Below, piece by piece: positions 29,040 to 39,810 of a stretch of 64,000 bases of DNA (positions within the stretch are counted from its first letter, which is position 1; the number at the start of each line of letters is the position of its first letter). The position numbers were made by a program, and so were the translations under genes. Location of the stretch: positions 64,001-128,000 of the IMG/VR virus record IMGVR_UViG_3300032093_000012; one strand, given 5' to 3'. The DNA comes from a virus. Under the pieces are notes generated by a model, which did not search any database, was not told where the DNA came from, and was given only the letters and a program-made list of their open reading frames with translations.

Positions 29040-30024
29040 TTAGTGTGCATTTCTTGTTTCTTTTGCTTCAACTGACAGTGACATAGTGTCCATGTGAAAG
29101 TAATAAATTGGTGTTAATCCATGTTCTTTAAGTTTTTCACCACCTCGCAACATTAGACCAAAATTATTATTAACATCACCCATAGCGCAACACAATGTGT
29201 TTGCTTCTTTTAAGATTGATTCTTCAATTTCTTCCATAGTATTCATCAGTCCCAGAGTCCTCTATAGTATTTGCCAAAAAGACGTAATCCATTTCTAATA
29301 CGATCATTATATTTGTTACTTGCTTCCAAGTCCCAACCATTTTCTTCTGAATAGAAGAGATCAATGTCACGTTCGGTATTAATAAGTTGATCAAAAGTCC
29401 AGATCAACTCATCCATGACCCAGTTATAACGTTCTTCTGCTTTCGAATCACTGCCATATTCATCTTTTACACCAGCTTCAATAGGTGTATCTTCTTCGTC
29501 AACAGAAAAATAACCGTGATTCTTTTCTTTGAGTTGAACAAGTAATGGATGAATTATAAGAGCAAGTGTGTGATCCATTGACCATGTATCATATGGATCA
29601 ATATGGATTTTTACTTTACGTTTCTTTTTGTTATCAAACCAATTGCAAAAGTCAGATACCCATGTGCTGGCTAGCCAATTGCCGAGTTTATCATGAGCTT
29701 TATAGTCCCAACGTTTTAAACGAGGATCATCATCATCGTAAATACCATGTTGATCTAGCCAAAAGAAGATCTTATCAGCTATCTGATAAGGTCCTGTCCA
29801 TCCTTTATAAGGTCCAATATTTACTTTCATGGTTCATCCTGTATGGTTTCATCTTCGATCGGTGGCCAATCAAGATTAGGAGCTTTTGCTTTCTCTGATT
29901 TAATTGCTGCTTCAAGAGAAGCAATGATACCGATACGAGCAAAAGCTTCTAGCTCTCCTGGTCCAAATTCTACAGTAGCATCAGCAGATCCGTCTTCATT
30001 TACTCTAACAATCTCAAGCTTCAT
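29040..30024 (-). CDS. Three hypothetical proteins (29040..29246, 29246..29830, 29827..30024)
   Basis: Translationally coupled ORFs; the middle one has the conserved phage motif DTWSMDHTLA...GLRLFGKYYRGLWD. Confidence 0.65.
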
Positions 30025-30069
30025 GATGTCACTCCTATAAATAGAGGGTATGGGTGAAAGGAACTAAAA

Positions 30070-30414
30070 ATGAACAAGCTTACCTTATATATAGCTGCCG
30101 GTATAATTGGCTTCGGTGTCCTTAGCGGTCTCTATTACAAGTGGCGCAAGGATATTGAACGCGAAGCCCTGTATGAATATAACCAGAAGCAGATCGAACA
30201 AAATCAAAGAGACCAAGAACGTCTTAGACAACAGCTTGAAGATATAGCCAAGAAACAAAAAGAAGTTGAAGAGGCTAATGCTGCTGATAAGAAAGAGTTC
30301 AAGGGCAAGATGGATGTTATCACTGCTGATATCGAATCAAAAGATACTGTAGATAGACCAGCTTCCGATGTACTTAAGAAGACTGTAAACAAACTAAAGG
30401 ATGCACCAAAATGA
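30070..30414 (+). CDS. i-spanin (Rz-like)
   Basis: N-terminal TM plus coiled coil; late promoter TATAAATA at 30036-30043; overlaps a lipoprotein gene. Confidence 0.75.
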   Translation: MNKLTLYIAAGIIGFGVLSGLYYKWRKDIEREALYEYNQKQIEQNQRDQERLRQQLEDIAKKQKEVEEANAADKKEFKGKMDVITADIESKDTVDRPASDVLKKTVNKLKDAPK

Positions 30415-30704
30415 AGTTGTTATTTGCCTCTCTTGTTGCTATCACGCTAGCTGGATGTGCATCTAAACCTCCTCAGGTTCTCACAAAGACTGAGATGCAG
30501 GTTGTAATGCCAGAAAGAACTATGTTCTATTGCCAGAATGTTCGCCGCTTTCCAAATCCAGAAACACTTACAGATGCACAGGTTGCTAAATTATTAGTTG
30601 AATTACATTCTAAAAATACAGAGTGTCAGAAAAATATGAATGCAGTTTATAAGTTTTTAGATGCTGCAAAGAAAGAAACTGAGAAGAGAGAAGAGAAGAA
30701 GTAA
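30411..30704 (+). CDS. o-spanin (Rz1-like lipoprotein)
   Basis: Lipobox LAGC, two further Cys, ATGA overlap with the i-spanin. Confidence 0.75.
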   Translation: MKLLFASLVAITLAGCASKPPQVLTKTEMQVVMPERTMFYCQNVRRFPNPETLTDAQVAKLLVELHSKNTECQKNMNAVYKFLDAAKKETEKREEKK

Positions 30705-31505
30705 TTACCACCAACCTAATTTTTTAAGATGACTGATCCTATCATCCCATAGTTCATTAGTTATTTTTTTATTTTCATCGGAGAGCTTTTGAACAAGTTT
30801 CCATGATTTACTCAATTGAGCATATAGACCATCAAAATCTCTATTGAATAGAAGATTATCAAGATCTATAATCTCAAAATTTATTTTTTGTTTATTTAAT
30901 TCATCTAGTATAATTTTATGATTTAATAATCTGTCAGATTTTAAAATCGATTTTTCTGTTTTTTCAAAATTTTCTTTTATATTTGTTAAATCAACATTTG
31001 ATTTATACATAGTATTTGATTTAACATACAATGTATAGAGAGATGTTAATTCTAACTTATAATCAATGTAGTATAATTTTATATTGTGTTTATTAAACAA
31101 TTTTAATATAGTGAAGAATTTATCAAAAATGTCTTTACGATTAATATGATCATTAATATATGTAGTATGTGTGTTTATCAATGATCTACTGGTATCTTTT
31201 TTAAAATATTTAAAATAAGTTTCAAGATTTATATCTTCTAAAGATATATTTTCCCATTTGTTTGCAGAAAATTTATCTCTTATATTTTCATCTGCTATAG
31301 GAACAAATTTTTCTAACTCTCCTCTATATCCATTAGACCACCTATTAGATGATGAATAAATTTTATTTTTAGTTAGAGTCCAACCAGATCTAAATGATCT
31401 TTGTGTCACAGTGTCTAAAGTATACGAACACACATCTGTAAAATTAACTAAAAAATCTCCTGAAGCTCCTGGATCTGTTAGAAATACTATACCATTATAA
31501 GACAT
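30705..31505 (-). CDS. AT-rich hypothetical protein, possible sulfotransferase/P-loop-like
   Basis: N-terminal PGASGDFL motif, echoed by GGSGDWL in 52711..53448. Confidence 0.5.
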   Translation of the reverse strand: MSYNGIVFLTDPGASGDFLVNFTDVCSYTLDTVTQRSFRSGWTLTKNKIYSSSNRWSNGYRGELEKFVPIADENIRDKFSANKWENISLEDINLETYFKYFKKDTSRSLINTHTTYINDHINRKDIFDKFFTILKLFNKHNIKLYYIDYKLELTSLYTLYVKSNTMYKSNVDLTNIKENFEKTEKSILKSDRLLNHKIILDELNKQKINFEIIDLDNLLFNRDFDGLYAQLSKSWKLVQKLSDENKKITNELWDDRISHLKKLGWW

Positions 31506-31783
31506 TACACTTTCTTTTCTTCCTCTTCTTCCTCTTCCTCTTCTTGTTCTGCGAGAAGTGCTAATGAAGCAGCAACACTATTCATAGTACTAGTCAACTT
31601 CTCAATAATTGTATCTTGACTGTAAATTGTAACCCAACAATAAGCAGCCCAAAATGACATCAACACCATATTACCATATGTAAAAGTATCAAACATGCTA
31701 TTAGACATGAATGTGAAATAAACAAACATTGCAGCTGAATATGCACTAGCAATGAGAGGGAAATATTTCCTATAAAAATGCAT
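31505..31783 (-). CDS. Two-TM membrane protein with poly-Glu tail
   Basis: Hydrophobic segments; EQEEEEEEEEE. Confidence 0.6.
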   Translation of the reverse strand: MHFYRKYFPLIASAYSAAMFVYFTFMSNSMFDTFTYGNMVLMSFWAAYCWVTIYSQDTIIEKLTSTMNSVAASLALLAEQEEEEEEEEEKKV

Positions 31784-32934
31784 TATGACTCCTTGATATA
31801 TTCTTTCAGCATATCATACAATTCTGGATTATGATCCATCCAGTGTTCACTTCTAATGTTATTAAGCTTATTATCTATCTCTAAGAATGAATTGAAATTT
31901 CCTGGTTTTTTCATCATTTCATTTTCAACCATCCTATAAGTATAATCGTCTATTTTATTTTTTAGATTAGAGAGAATACGATATTTAACTTCAAGAGGTA
32001 AGTTAAAACACTTTAACCAGTCTCTTCCATCCACCATATGCCACTCTATACCAATCTTATATAAGTGTTTCTGTTTTAAATATTCTTGTAACTTATAGAA
32101 TTGGTTTACATTATAAATCGATATGACAGAAAAAATCTTTACTTTGGTTCTTTTATTTCTAGGATGATTTTCAGCGAACCAATCAATAACTTTCTCTACA
32201 TTCTCCCATTGACTACCTTTTCTTAAGAAACTGTTTAAACTACCATAAGCATCTACGCTTAGATTTACAGATAAAAATTCACACTGTTTTAATAATGCAT
32301 TTAATGCTTCACTTGGTATTAGAGTAGTATTTGTTGTTAAAAATATTTTAAGTTGTGATAAGTTACATTTATTGAGTATTTCAATAAACTTTTTTTCTTC
32401 CATCAGTGGCTCACCACCAATTAGTTTTATGTGACGAAGTTTTGAGAAATCATATATTTCAAATAATTCTTTGCTATATTTAACACCAGAAATTCCGTCT
32501 TTTATATTTACACCAAAAAAATCTAATCCTAATTTAATAGCATCACTATACCAATTAGTACTTAGTCCCGGATTACACATCCTACATCTATTATTACACA
32601 CATTACTTAGAGCCAGATCAAGATGAGTTAATACTGGATTTTCTGGTATTGTTGTTCCTAATTGTTTAGCAAAACCTAAACGCATACTTGATGTATTATT
32701 GCTAGTTTTTTCTTGTTCATAACAAGAAGAACATCCAGCCACATATTCATCTTTTATCATGCTCTCACGAAGTTGTTGCATGAACGGATGATTGAACACA
32801 TCATCATGTGATAAGTCTAAATCTTTAGGTGTGTGTTCCCACCTAAATTGACAACACGGGAAAACACGACTATCGGGACGTACAGCTATATGATGAAATG
32901 GTAAAAGACAACGATGTTTATATTCAGTCATCAT
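31783..32934 (-). CDS. Radical SAM protein with N-terminal twitch/SPASM-like domain
   Basis: C.LPF...PCC...CSSCY; CNNRCRMC; IGGEPL. Confidence 0.9.
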   Translation of the reverse strand: MMTEYKHRCLLPFHHIAVRPDSRVFPCCQFRWEHTPKDLDLSHDDVFNHPFMQQLRESMIKDEYVAGCSSCYEQEKTSNNTSSMRLGFAKQLGTTIPENPVLTHLDLALSNVCNNRCRMCNPGLSTNWYSDAIKLGLDFFGVNIKDGISGVKYSKELFEIYDFSKLRHIKLIGGEPLMEEKKFIEILNKCNLSQLKIFLTTNTTLIPSEALNALLKQCEFLSVNLSVDAYGSLNSFLRKGSQWENVEKVIDWFAENHPRNKRTKVKIFSVISIYNVNQFYKLQEYLKQKHLYKIGIEWHMVDGRDWLKCFNLPLEVKYRILSNLKNKIDDYTYRMVENEMMKKPGNFNSFLEIDNKLNNIRSEHWMDHNPELYDMLKEYIKES

Positions 32935-32944
32935 ATATTCCTAA

Positions 32945-33020
32945 TGGCTCGGGGTGATGGGCTCGAACCACCAACACACGGATTCAAAGTCCGTAGTTCT
33001 ACCAATTGAACTAACCCCGA
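32945..33020 (-). tRNA. tRNA-Gln(TTG)
   Basis: Cloverleaf on minus strand, anticodon arm ACGGA-CTTTGAA-TCCGT, encoded CCA. Confidence 0.92.
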
Positions 33021-33040
33021 ATAAATTCATACACACTATC

Positions 33041-33586
33041 TTATTTGCGCCAGGGTTGTCTAAGATAAGACAAGATATTTTCTGGACTTGTTTCGCCATA
33101 AGGATCTGTTTCACAGTCATCACAGATCCCGGGTTCTTCGAACCAAGCTTCGATGATACCATCATTAACTACTGCAGCATAACGCCACGAACGTTCACCA
33201 AATCCAAGATTCATCTTAGATACTAACATACCAAGTTCAAAAGTAAACTGGCCATTACCATCAGGAATCACTACAACATTTTCAATGTTCTGTGACTTAG
33301 CCCACGAATTCATTACGAATGAATCATTGACTGACATACAATAGATGGCATCAATTCCATACTTCATGAACTCATCATAGTTCTTCTCAAAGCCGGGAAG
33401 CTGATAAGTTGAACACGTAGGTGTGAATGCACCAGGCAATGAGAACAAGACTACACGCTTATGCGCAAAGAAGTCTCGTGAGTTGACTGTCTCCCAACGA
33501 TATGGGTTATCACCACCAATACTCTCATCACGTACACGAATCATAAAATCTACATCTGGTACTGGTCGACCAACATTAGTTACCAT
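33041..33586 (-). CDS. Peroxiredoxin (Prx5/PGdx type)
   Basis: LPGAFTPTCS..QLPGF, SVNDSFVM..W, GFG.RSWRYA. Confidence 0.93.
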   Translation of the reverse strand: MVTNVGRPVPDVDFMIRVRDESIGGDNPYRWETVNSRDFFAHKRVVLFSLPGAFTPTCSTYQLPGFEKNYDEFMKYGIDAIYCMSVNDSFVMNSWAKSQNIENVVVIPDGNGQFTFELGMLVSKMNLGFGERSWRYAAVVNDGIIEAWFEEPGICDDCETDPYGETSPENILSYLRQPWRK

Positions 33587-33917
33587 AATATTCTTCACCC
33601 TTTTCTGCATAGAATCTAGCAATAGTTAAAGCTTTTGCTTCTGTGTAGTCAGTAATAGCACTCTCTTCATAATGAGAAGAGAGTTCATTGTATGCACCCT
33701 CATTCACTACTTTATATGAGATACGTATATTGTCTTTATACACGTGTACATCAATAGCTATAATCTCTTTGACTTTTGTATAAGATTCAAAAGAATCTAT
33801 TTTACGCTGCCAAGTCTCACCCTCATAAGTAAGTTCTTCAACTGCGTATGTCTTACGACATCGCGGCACAATAAACTTATGACCTATGTCATATGTAGTT
33901 TCGATGATCACTGACAA
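33576..33917 (-). CDS. Hypothetical protein
   Basis: ORF continuity within the operon. Confidence 0.55.
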   Translation of the reverse strand: MSVIIETTYDIGHKFIVPRCRKTYAVEELTYEGETWQRKIDSFESYTKVKEIIAIDVHVYKDNIRISYKVVNEGAYNELSSHYEESAITDYTEAKALTIARFYAEKGEEYYGN

Positions 33918-34222
33918 TACCTCTGAAACACTTCACGTCCACGACGATCATAACCAACAAACTCATCCCAACATGGACGGCTATTGTAATAATACATGCC
34001 TGTACCAAGAGCGCCGAGCGCAAGACCACCGAGAGCATACGGGACCCAGTTATTCTGGCGATGACGAGGCGGGTGATAGTGCTGGCGTGGAGGCGCATAA
34101 TGATGACGAGCGTGTGGCTGACGATAACCATGATCTCGCCTGTGATGGTGTTGTGCAAAAGCAGGCGCAGCCGTGAGTACAACCAGTGATACTGCTATGA
34201 CACCTAAGATGATCTTACGCAT
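33908..34222 (-). CDS. Secreted His/Arg/Pro-rich protein of rhizobial type (BA14K-like architecture)
   Basis: Signal peptide APAFA, low-complexity region, GGLALGALG segment, C-terminal Cys pair. Confidence 0.6.
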   Translation of the reverse strand: MRKIILGVIAVSLVVLTAAPAFAQHHHRRDHGYRQPHARHHYAPPRQHYHPPRHRQNNWVPYALGGLALGALGTGMYYYNSRPCWDEFVGYDRRGREVFQRYCQ

Positions 34223-34318
34223 GTTTCTTTACCTCTATGACTACAAAACGGGTGTGATCATAATAACCAATTTCCCAGTAGTTCGTCACGATATTATAAC
34301 GGCTCACATACTTCATGA

Positions 34319-34845
34319 TTAGACCCTCTCGATGATGGGACGACCAATAACCTGAATCTTGTTAGTACGCTTACCTTCCATATCCTTAGCAAACTTGATT
34401 GCAGACTGGAGGGTGGCAAACTTGCACGTCTGATCGGTGCTCAATATACCATACAAAGCACTTGACTTGTTAACATGCTTGATATCATATGTGACTTTAA
34501 ACCTGTACATGCTTGCCTCCTATGCTTGTTACATCTATATATTACCACAGTGGCACTGTTTGTACATATTTATTTTGAGTCGGGGCGGATCATGCGAATA
34601 TTTTCTCTATAGTCGCGCAGTGTCTTCACATCGATTTCATGTGCTGCAGTGTAATAGGCAGCTGCACCAATCATGACGAAGACCCATGCAACTGCTATCC
34701 ATGTAGCGATGAATACGTCATTGAGGATTACTGTAAGTTCTGTGCGGAGACCGAGCGTGCTGGTAATGCAAATGATTACGAGGAACGAGATCTTAAAGAA
34801 GTTTCGCACAAACCCAGATGAAATGTCATAACCATTATGCATCAC
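34319..34845 (-). CDS. Two small hypothetical proteins (34319..34510; 34570..34845 membrane)
   Basis: RBSs present; TGTACA promoter at 34561-34566 between them. Confidence 0.55.
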
Positions 34846-34860
34846 TTGTCTCCATTATAT

Positions 34861-34889
34861 AAAAAAGAGGGGAGAGTACTCTCCCCTCT
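34861..34889 (-). terminator. Rho-independent terminator after the omp gene
   Basis: Minus strand AGAGGGGAGAGTACTCTCCCCTCT followed by TTTTT. Confidence 0.85.
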
Positions 34890-34898
34890 AAAGTCCTA

Positions 34899-35441
34899 TT
34901 AGAACTTGTAGTTTACACCGGTTGTAACGCGATCTTCGGCATTACGGTTGGCTTTCTCGATAGCATCGATCCGACGATAGCGTACATCAAGCTCAACACT
35001 TGGTACGATCTCGTACTTAGCACCAACACCAATGTTATAAACGGAATAATCTGCAGTTACAGAATTCCAACGATAACCAACACCGCCGATACCATAAACG
35101 GTAACGTCAACGCCGGGAATCTTGTACTGTGGTACAACGTTTAGAGCAAATGTATTGCCATAATTCCACTCACCACCAACCTTAGTCTGTGGACGAGAGA
35201 AGTCATATGTACCCTCTACTGCGAGGAACGGAAGGACGTTCCAGCCAGCAACAGCACCACCAGAGTAGACGCGAGCATCTTCACTCAAGTTTGCACCGAC
35301 ATTAACACCAGCATAGAACTGAGTCTGTGCGAGTGTTGGAAGTGCCGGAGCAGCCGGAGCCTTCTTTGAAGGTAGATCAGAAGCCGAAGCTGCTGCTGCC
35401 GACGCAAGAAGAGCGAGCGCCGCTACGATAGTCTTTTGCAT
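34899..35441 (-). CDS. Omp25/RopB-like 8-stranded outer membrane beta-barrel
   Basis: Signal peptide then SDLPSKKAPAAP (Rhizobiales ADLPxxKAP motif), FYAGVNVG, terminal GVNYKF. Confidence 0.85.
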   Translation of the reverse strand: MQKTIVAALALLASAAAASASDLPSKKAPAAPALPTLAQTQFYAGVNVGANLSEDARVYSGGAVAGWNVLPFLAVEGTYDFSRPQTKVGGEWNYGNTFALNVVPQYKIPGVDVTVYGIGGVGYRWNSVTADYSVYNIGVGAKYEIVPSVELDVRYRRIDAIEKANRNAEDRVTTGVNYKF

Positions 35442-35604
35442 TTTAGTTCTCCTAGTTTGTTACATTACTCAAAGATGTTTCGGATTAAAAAGAATAAGCC
35501 TACTAATATAGGCATCCAAAACAACATTATTATTAGCCAGAAAGCTTGTACGAACTTGTCGAATAACTTGCTGGCACTTACATGCTCATGAAGCATGATC
35601 CTAT

Positions 35605-35823
35605 TTATAACCCTAGAGCTTTATGGGTGTACTTGAGATAGCCACCCTTAAAGTCATGAGTCAAGTATTCAGAGAGGATCTCAAAACGAAGGGCTGCTGC
35701 TTCGTCTGAGGAGTCTCTGAGCTGTTTAGCTGCATCATTGCAGAAACGGATAAGAGAGACCAATGAGACTTTGTCCTCGTGGTCGTGAAGAGTCATAGCT
35801 TGCTTTTTACCAGGGCGTTGCAT
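35605..35823 (-). CDS. Hypothetical protein
   Basis: GGAG RBS and promoter upstream. Confidence 0.55.
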   Translation of the reverse strand: MQRPGKKQAMTLHDHEDKVSLVSLIRFCNDAAKQLRDSSDEAAALRFEILSEYLTHDFKGGYLKYTHKALGL

Positions 35824-35996
35824 GTGTCTGTCTCCATGTTATACTTTTCATTATATACACTTTTCAGAAAATGTATACAGTTAAATATCACCTTCCCATG
35901 GGTTCTTGTAAGGATCTATCTTTAAGATCTTAACTTCCAAGATATAGATCATAGCGCAGTACAATATTACTGCTCCTGCAATCATAAATGCATCCA

Positions 35997-36287
35997 TCAT
36001 CTCTTAACACTCCATTCACGTGGTCTTTCTGGTGCAGGTTCGGGTCCGGGCACGACGGGTGTATTACTGATACGACGATGGAGGTACTCACCAATAGCTT
36101 CACGTATGCATGACGATGGGTCTTTTCCCATTGCCTCTGCATACTCGTACAGTCTGTCTCTCAGGATAGTATTACAACGAAACGAAGTAATTCGATTTTC
36201 CATACCTGACTTAGCACGATACAGCGATGTCGCGCCATCTTTATATTGGTGTCTCTCTGGCATTATACCTTGTATGTGTAGTAGCAC
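35997..36287 (-). CDS. Possible ribbon-helix-helix DNA-binding protein
   Basis: RITSFRC...LRDRLYEYAEAMGKDPSSCIREAIGEY fits the RHH pattern. Confidence 0.5.
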   Translation of the reverse strand: MLLHIQGIMPERHQYKDGATSLYRAKSGMENRITSFRCNTILRDRLYEYAEAMGKDPSSCIREAIGEYLHRRISNTPVVPGPEPAPERPREWSVKR

Positions 36288-36568
36288 TCTACTATCGATT
36301 TGAGTTTATCATCCATGATGTTGTTACACCAGTCATGATCCATGATGCCACAACACAGGTCCATATAGTCTTCGACAGTGAGGAACTGTTTACATAACAT
36401 CAGGTACTCGTATTGTGTACGAGGTTTCATGACTTGTTTACCATTTATATATCCGAATTCTCGAGAGGCTGGATCGAGATAACGTGTATCAACGAGCTCT
36501 GAGTTATCGATCAGACCTGTGTCTTCTTTCTTTATCTTTGGTTTAAATTCTATGATATCAGCCATCAC
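36263..36568 (-). CDS. Hypothetical protein
   Basis: MADIIEFKPK start typical of alphaproteobacterial phage proteins. Confidence 0.55.
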   Translation of the reverse strand: MMADIIEFKPKIKKEDTGLIDNSELVDTRYLDPASREFGYINGKQVMKPRTQYEYLMLCKQFLTVEDYMDLCCGIMDHDWCNNIMDDKLKSIVECYYTYKV

Positions 36569-36999
36569 ACATCTTTCATCAGACGTTGGATACGTGTTAC
36601 AATGCTCTCTTTGCCAGCGCGCAGTCGACGCAATGCTTTTCGCTTGATATGCATTCGAATCTTTGCTGATTCAGAGAAAGATTTCATGTTACGAATGTCA
36701 GAATCGATATCAGCGATACGAATAGGATTATAACCAGCGGTGTGATCTTCCCATTCACGGGCGATATAGTCAGCGATCCACTTATCGGTGTCCATAAGCA
36801 TCTCGTATTCTTTACGAGCTTCAGCTAATTGTTCTGCTGGACTCCAACAAGCGAGGGCAGTTTCTTTGTCTAAATAAGCTGTAGGCACAATAGTATTTCC
36901 TTGTGATCCAATACTGATACTATTAAATGCTTCTTGTGCTACCGATGGTCCTGCTGCTGCTCCGAGACCTAGTAATCCTAGCATTGATCGTCTATTCAT
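36565..36999 (-). CDS. Protein with twin-arginine (Tat)-like signal
   Basis: MNRRSMLGLLGLGAAAGPSVA. Confidence 0.6.
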   Translation of the reverse strand: MNRRSMLGLLGLGAAAGPSVAQEAFNSISIGSQGNTIVPTAYLDKETALACWSPAEQLAEARKEYEMLMDTDKWIADYIAREWEDHTAGYNPIRIADIDSDIRNMKSFSESAKIRMHIKRKALRRLRAGKESIVTRIQRLMKDV

Positions 37000-37002
37000 G
37001 TA

Positions 37003-38337
37003 TCACCCGCAATATGCTCGTGTTTGTTTCCAACAGTCACAGTCTCTGCACATCCTGTCTGGATTTTCTGACTCACAGTTTCGTTGGTCTCTCTGATCAA
37101 GATGGTGTGCCTTCACTTCCATCATCTTCTTGTATTGTCTCTCGTATGCAGCGAGTAGATGATCGTATGCTTTGATGTGTTTATCCTCGATAGCAGCGAC
37201 GAACTCTTCTAGCTCTGGCATATCTGCATTACCGCTGATAAAGTAACGACGTGGTGTCTCATTATCAATATAATTGACGAGACCTGCATCGAGTGCTAGC
37301 TGTAGGATCTCTGGCTTCATGTCACCACTCCAAGATCGTCACTTTTGCACACAAGTTGCATACACAAAAGCTGCCCATCTACTATTAGATTTAACGGAGT
37401 CCAAAGCAACCATACAGTTCTTTTCAGAGGTAAACTCTTGCATGGTCACTACCTGCCCACTGTTTACTACCGATATAACAATCAAAACATATAGCATTAC
37501 TTTACCACTCCGGGCCAGTTGTCTTTTCGGTACGTTGATATATGTATGCGAAGTCGACGCCATATGCAGGTACAACCAACAGTTTTTCTGGCATGTTATT
37601 CGTATCACGTTCACCTAACACACCACTGATAAACAGTGTATCAGGATGACTCTCAGGTGTCAACCGACGAAGGATCGTGGCCTGCATATCACACTTATTC
37701 TTGAGTCGTGTAATATCTTCCATAAGTGATTGAATAAAGCGTTTTGTTTCATCATTCTGAGTCATTGTCTACCTCGATGCAGTGCCAGACGTGTGGATAA
37801 CCATCGCTGGATGCTGCGTGTACTGTGCCTAGATATGTACCTTCCCAGCTCATGCCTGTACCGGTAAATCGTAGTGTTTTCCAGTCGACCAGAGCATCAG
37901 ATTCTTTAGTGTTTGGTAGATCTTGCCATGATGGATCAACCTCGCACCACACGTATGGATCACCGTGTTGAACACCGAAGCTGACAGGTCGACCAAGGAC
38001 CTTCAGTGATTCGCCGGGCAGAAATGGACCGAATTTCCAGATTGCTTTCATATCAAAATTCTTCCCAAAAGTAAACAGAGTTCTTTGTCTTGAACTTCAT
38101 TGATCGAAGCCCATTCTTATCAGTGTATTCCTCGAGGATCTCTGTGACTGGTGATGTTTGCCACCAGTCTTGCATGGTGTAGCTACGAGCGTAGTATGAC
38201 CCGACGCGGACACCGCACCCTACACGTGGGTATGTCTCACCGGGTATTGGTTGGTATGATTCTGAGTCGAGGATCTGGCACATTGGTCCGGAGTCGCCTG
38301 CTGACCCGTCTTCACGTACGAGTGAGTATTTAGTCAT
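37003..38337 (-). CDS. Run of small hypothetical early proteins (37003..37320, 37339..~37496, 37502..37765, 37752..38051, 38053..38337)
   Basis: Tightly packed co-oriented ORFs. Confidence 0.55.
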
Positions 38338-38696
38338 TACTTGCATTCCCTTACGTGTTTGCAGTCTTTGCGAAATCCGAAGCCTACGCAGGTACAACTC
38401 CAGTGTTGGCCGTTACGTGTGACTGTGTAGGATGTACCGGGTTTGGTGCCGGCGACGATGTGGGTCTCGCTGTCGCTCTTGGTTGTATTACTAGTGTATC
38501 CAGAGCCGATGATGCGGTTGAGGTCGATGATGCGAAAGGGGAATTGTGTTTGGCCTGTTGACAGGCATATGCAGTCTGGACCGACCCAGCGTGGGTTTGG
38601 TAGGACTTTGCCCGTGTATGTGTTGACCAGTGGACCGGGCATATTGGTCTTGACTTGTTTGACTTGGATGGTGATGTCTTGTCCGATGGCGTACAT
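38337..38696 (-). CDS. SWIM zinc-finger protein
   Basis: YTV.....WSCTCVGFGFRKDCKHV; start reassigned to MYAIG after a GAGG RBS. Confidence 0.75.
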   Translation of the reverse strand: MYAIGQDITIQVKQVKTNMPGPLVNTYTGKVLPNPRWVGPDCICLSTGQTQFPFRIIDLNRIIGSGYTSNTTKSDSETHIVAGTKPGTSYTVTRNGQHWSCTCVGFGFRKDCKHVRECK

Positions 38697-38704
38697 GGTT
38701 GTCC

Positions 38705-39192
38705 TCAGTCGCAGGAGTCGGCAACTTTGAGTGTGCAGTAGAATAGGCCGTCTTTTTCCCATTTGTCAGTGATGCGAGGGAAGTAGACGTAGTTGTGTTC
38801 GTCTTGGTATTTGCCGAACTCGGCTACTTCTTCGAGGGAAGAGAAGCCGGTGTAGGTATTGTACCAGTCGCGGCCTTGTTTCTTGCGGTCCACGAACTGT
38901 AGGTGTTTCCAGTCTGTCTTCATCTTGCCACCATTACTTTCTTGTTGATCAGGTCGTAGGAGACGTAGCCGTCTTTCATGAGGATCTGGCCGGGAGCCTC
39001 GTCCTTGAGGCGAGAGAAGTAACTCTCTGTATCGTAGTACTTGCAGAGCAGGCGGACATAGTCTGATTTCTTGACCATGCCACGATACTTGAACCGAGCC
39101 ACGAACCGGTTATCAGGTCCGTAGGTGAGGTATCCGCCGTGATAGTTGAACTGTGACCGCTCGAACTTCATGTGTTCCACTCCGTTATTCAT
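38705..39192 (-). CDS. Two small hypothetical early proteins (38705..38923, 38920..39192)
   Basis: Downstream of the TGTACA promoter at 39221-39226. Confidence 0.6.
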
Positions 39193-39249
39193 ATTAAGAT
39201 AGTACCATACCCACAGTCCCTGTACATGTTTATTTTAAAAATAATTCGA

Positions 39250-39440
39250 GACCTGATAACCTATTGACCAGTATACCAATCCACCAGTCAACCTATCCAC
39301 CTGTAGACCTGTTAACCTGCCGACCTGTAGACCTACCGGCCTGCCGGCCTACCTGACCTGTAGACCTATCAACCAGTAGACCAGAGGACCAGTGTACCTA
39401 TGGACCTGTAGACCTGTAGACCTACCTGACCTGTACCTAG
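39250..39440. repeat. Degenerate ~8-nt tandem repeat (ACCTGTAG / ACCWRYNG)
   Basis: About 20 ACC-anchored units, e.g. acctgtag-acctgtta-acctgccg-acctgtag. Confidence 0.85.
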
Positions 39441-39490
39441 CCATACACGTATACCCTCATGCATACCTGATATACATGATCTCATCTCCC

Positions 39491-39673
39491 CTAGAACAAG
39501 AGACCAGCAGACTCACGTTCCTCAGCATCAAACCGCTTAACAACCGCCTCCTTGATCTCAGTCATACGAGCATGCATGCCCGGTACCTCAATAACCTCAG
39601 CGATACAGATCATCTCCTCAATAAAATCATGGATAGTCCAAGTGCTAGTCTTATTCTCAGAATAGGCAGACAT
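39491..39673 (-). CDS. Small hypothetical protein
   Basis: GGAG RBS; plausible helical 60-aa product. Confidence 0.45.
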   Translation of the reverse strand: MSAYSENKTSTWTIHDFIEEMICIAEVIEVPGMHARMTEIKEAVVKRFDAEERESAGLLF

Positions 39674-39810
39674 GTGTTACTCCATAGGATATATTATGCT
39701 CGATACTGCTCATTATACAGTAGCAGTATATACCATGTACATGCCCTGAAAGGGTCTATTATAGTATTACAAACCAGAGAAATTGATAATTCTGACGTCC
39801 GCGCTAGGGT

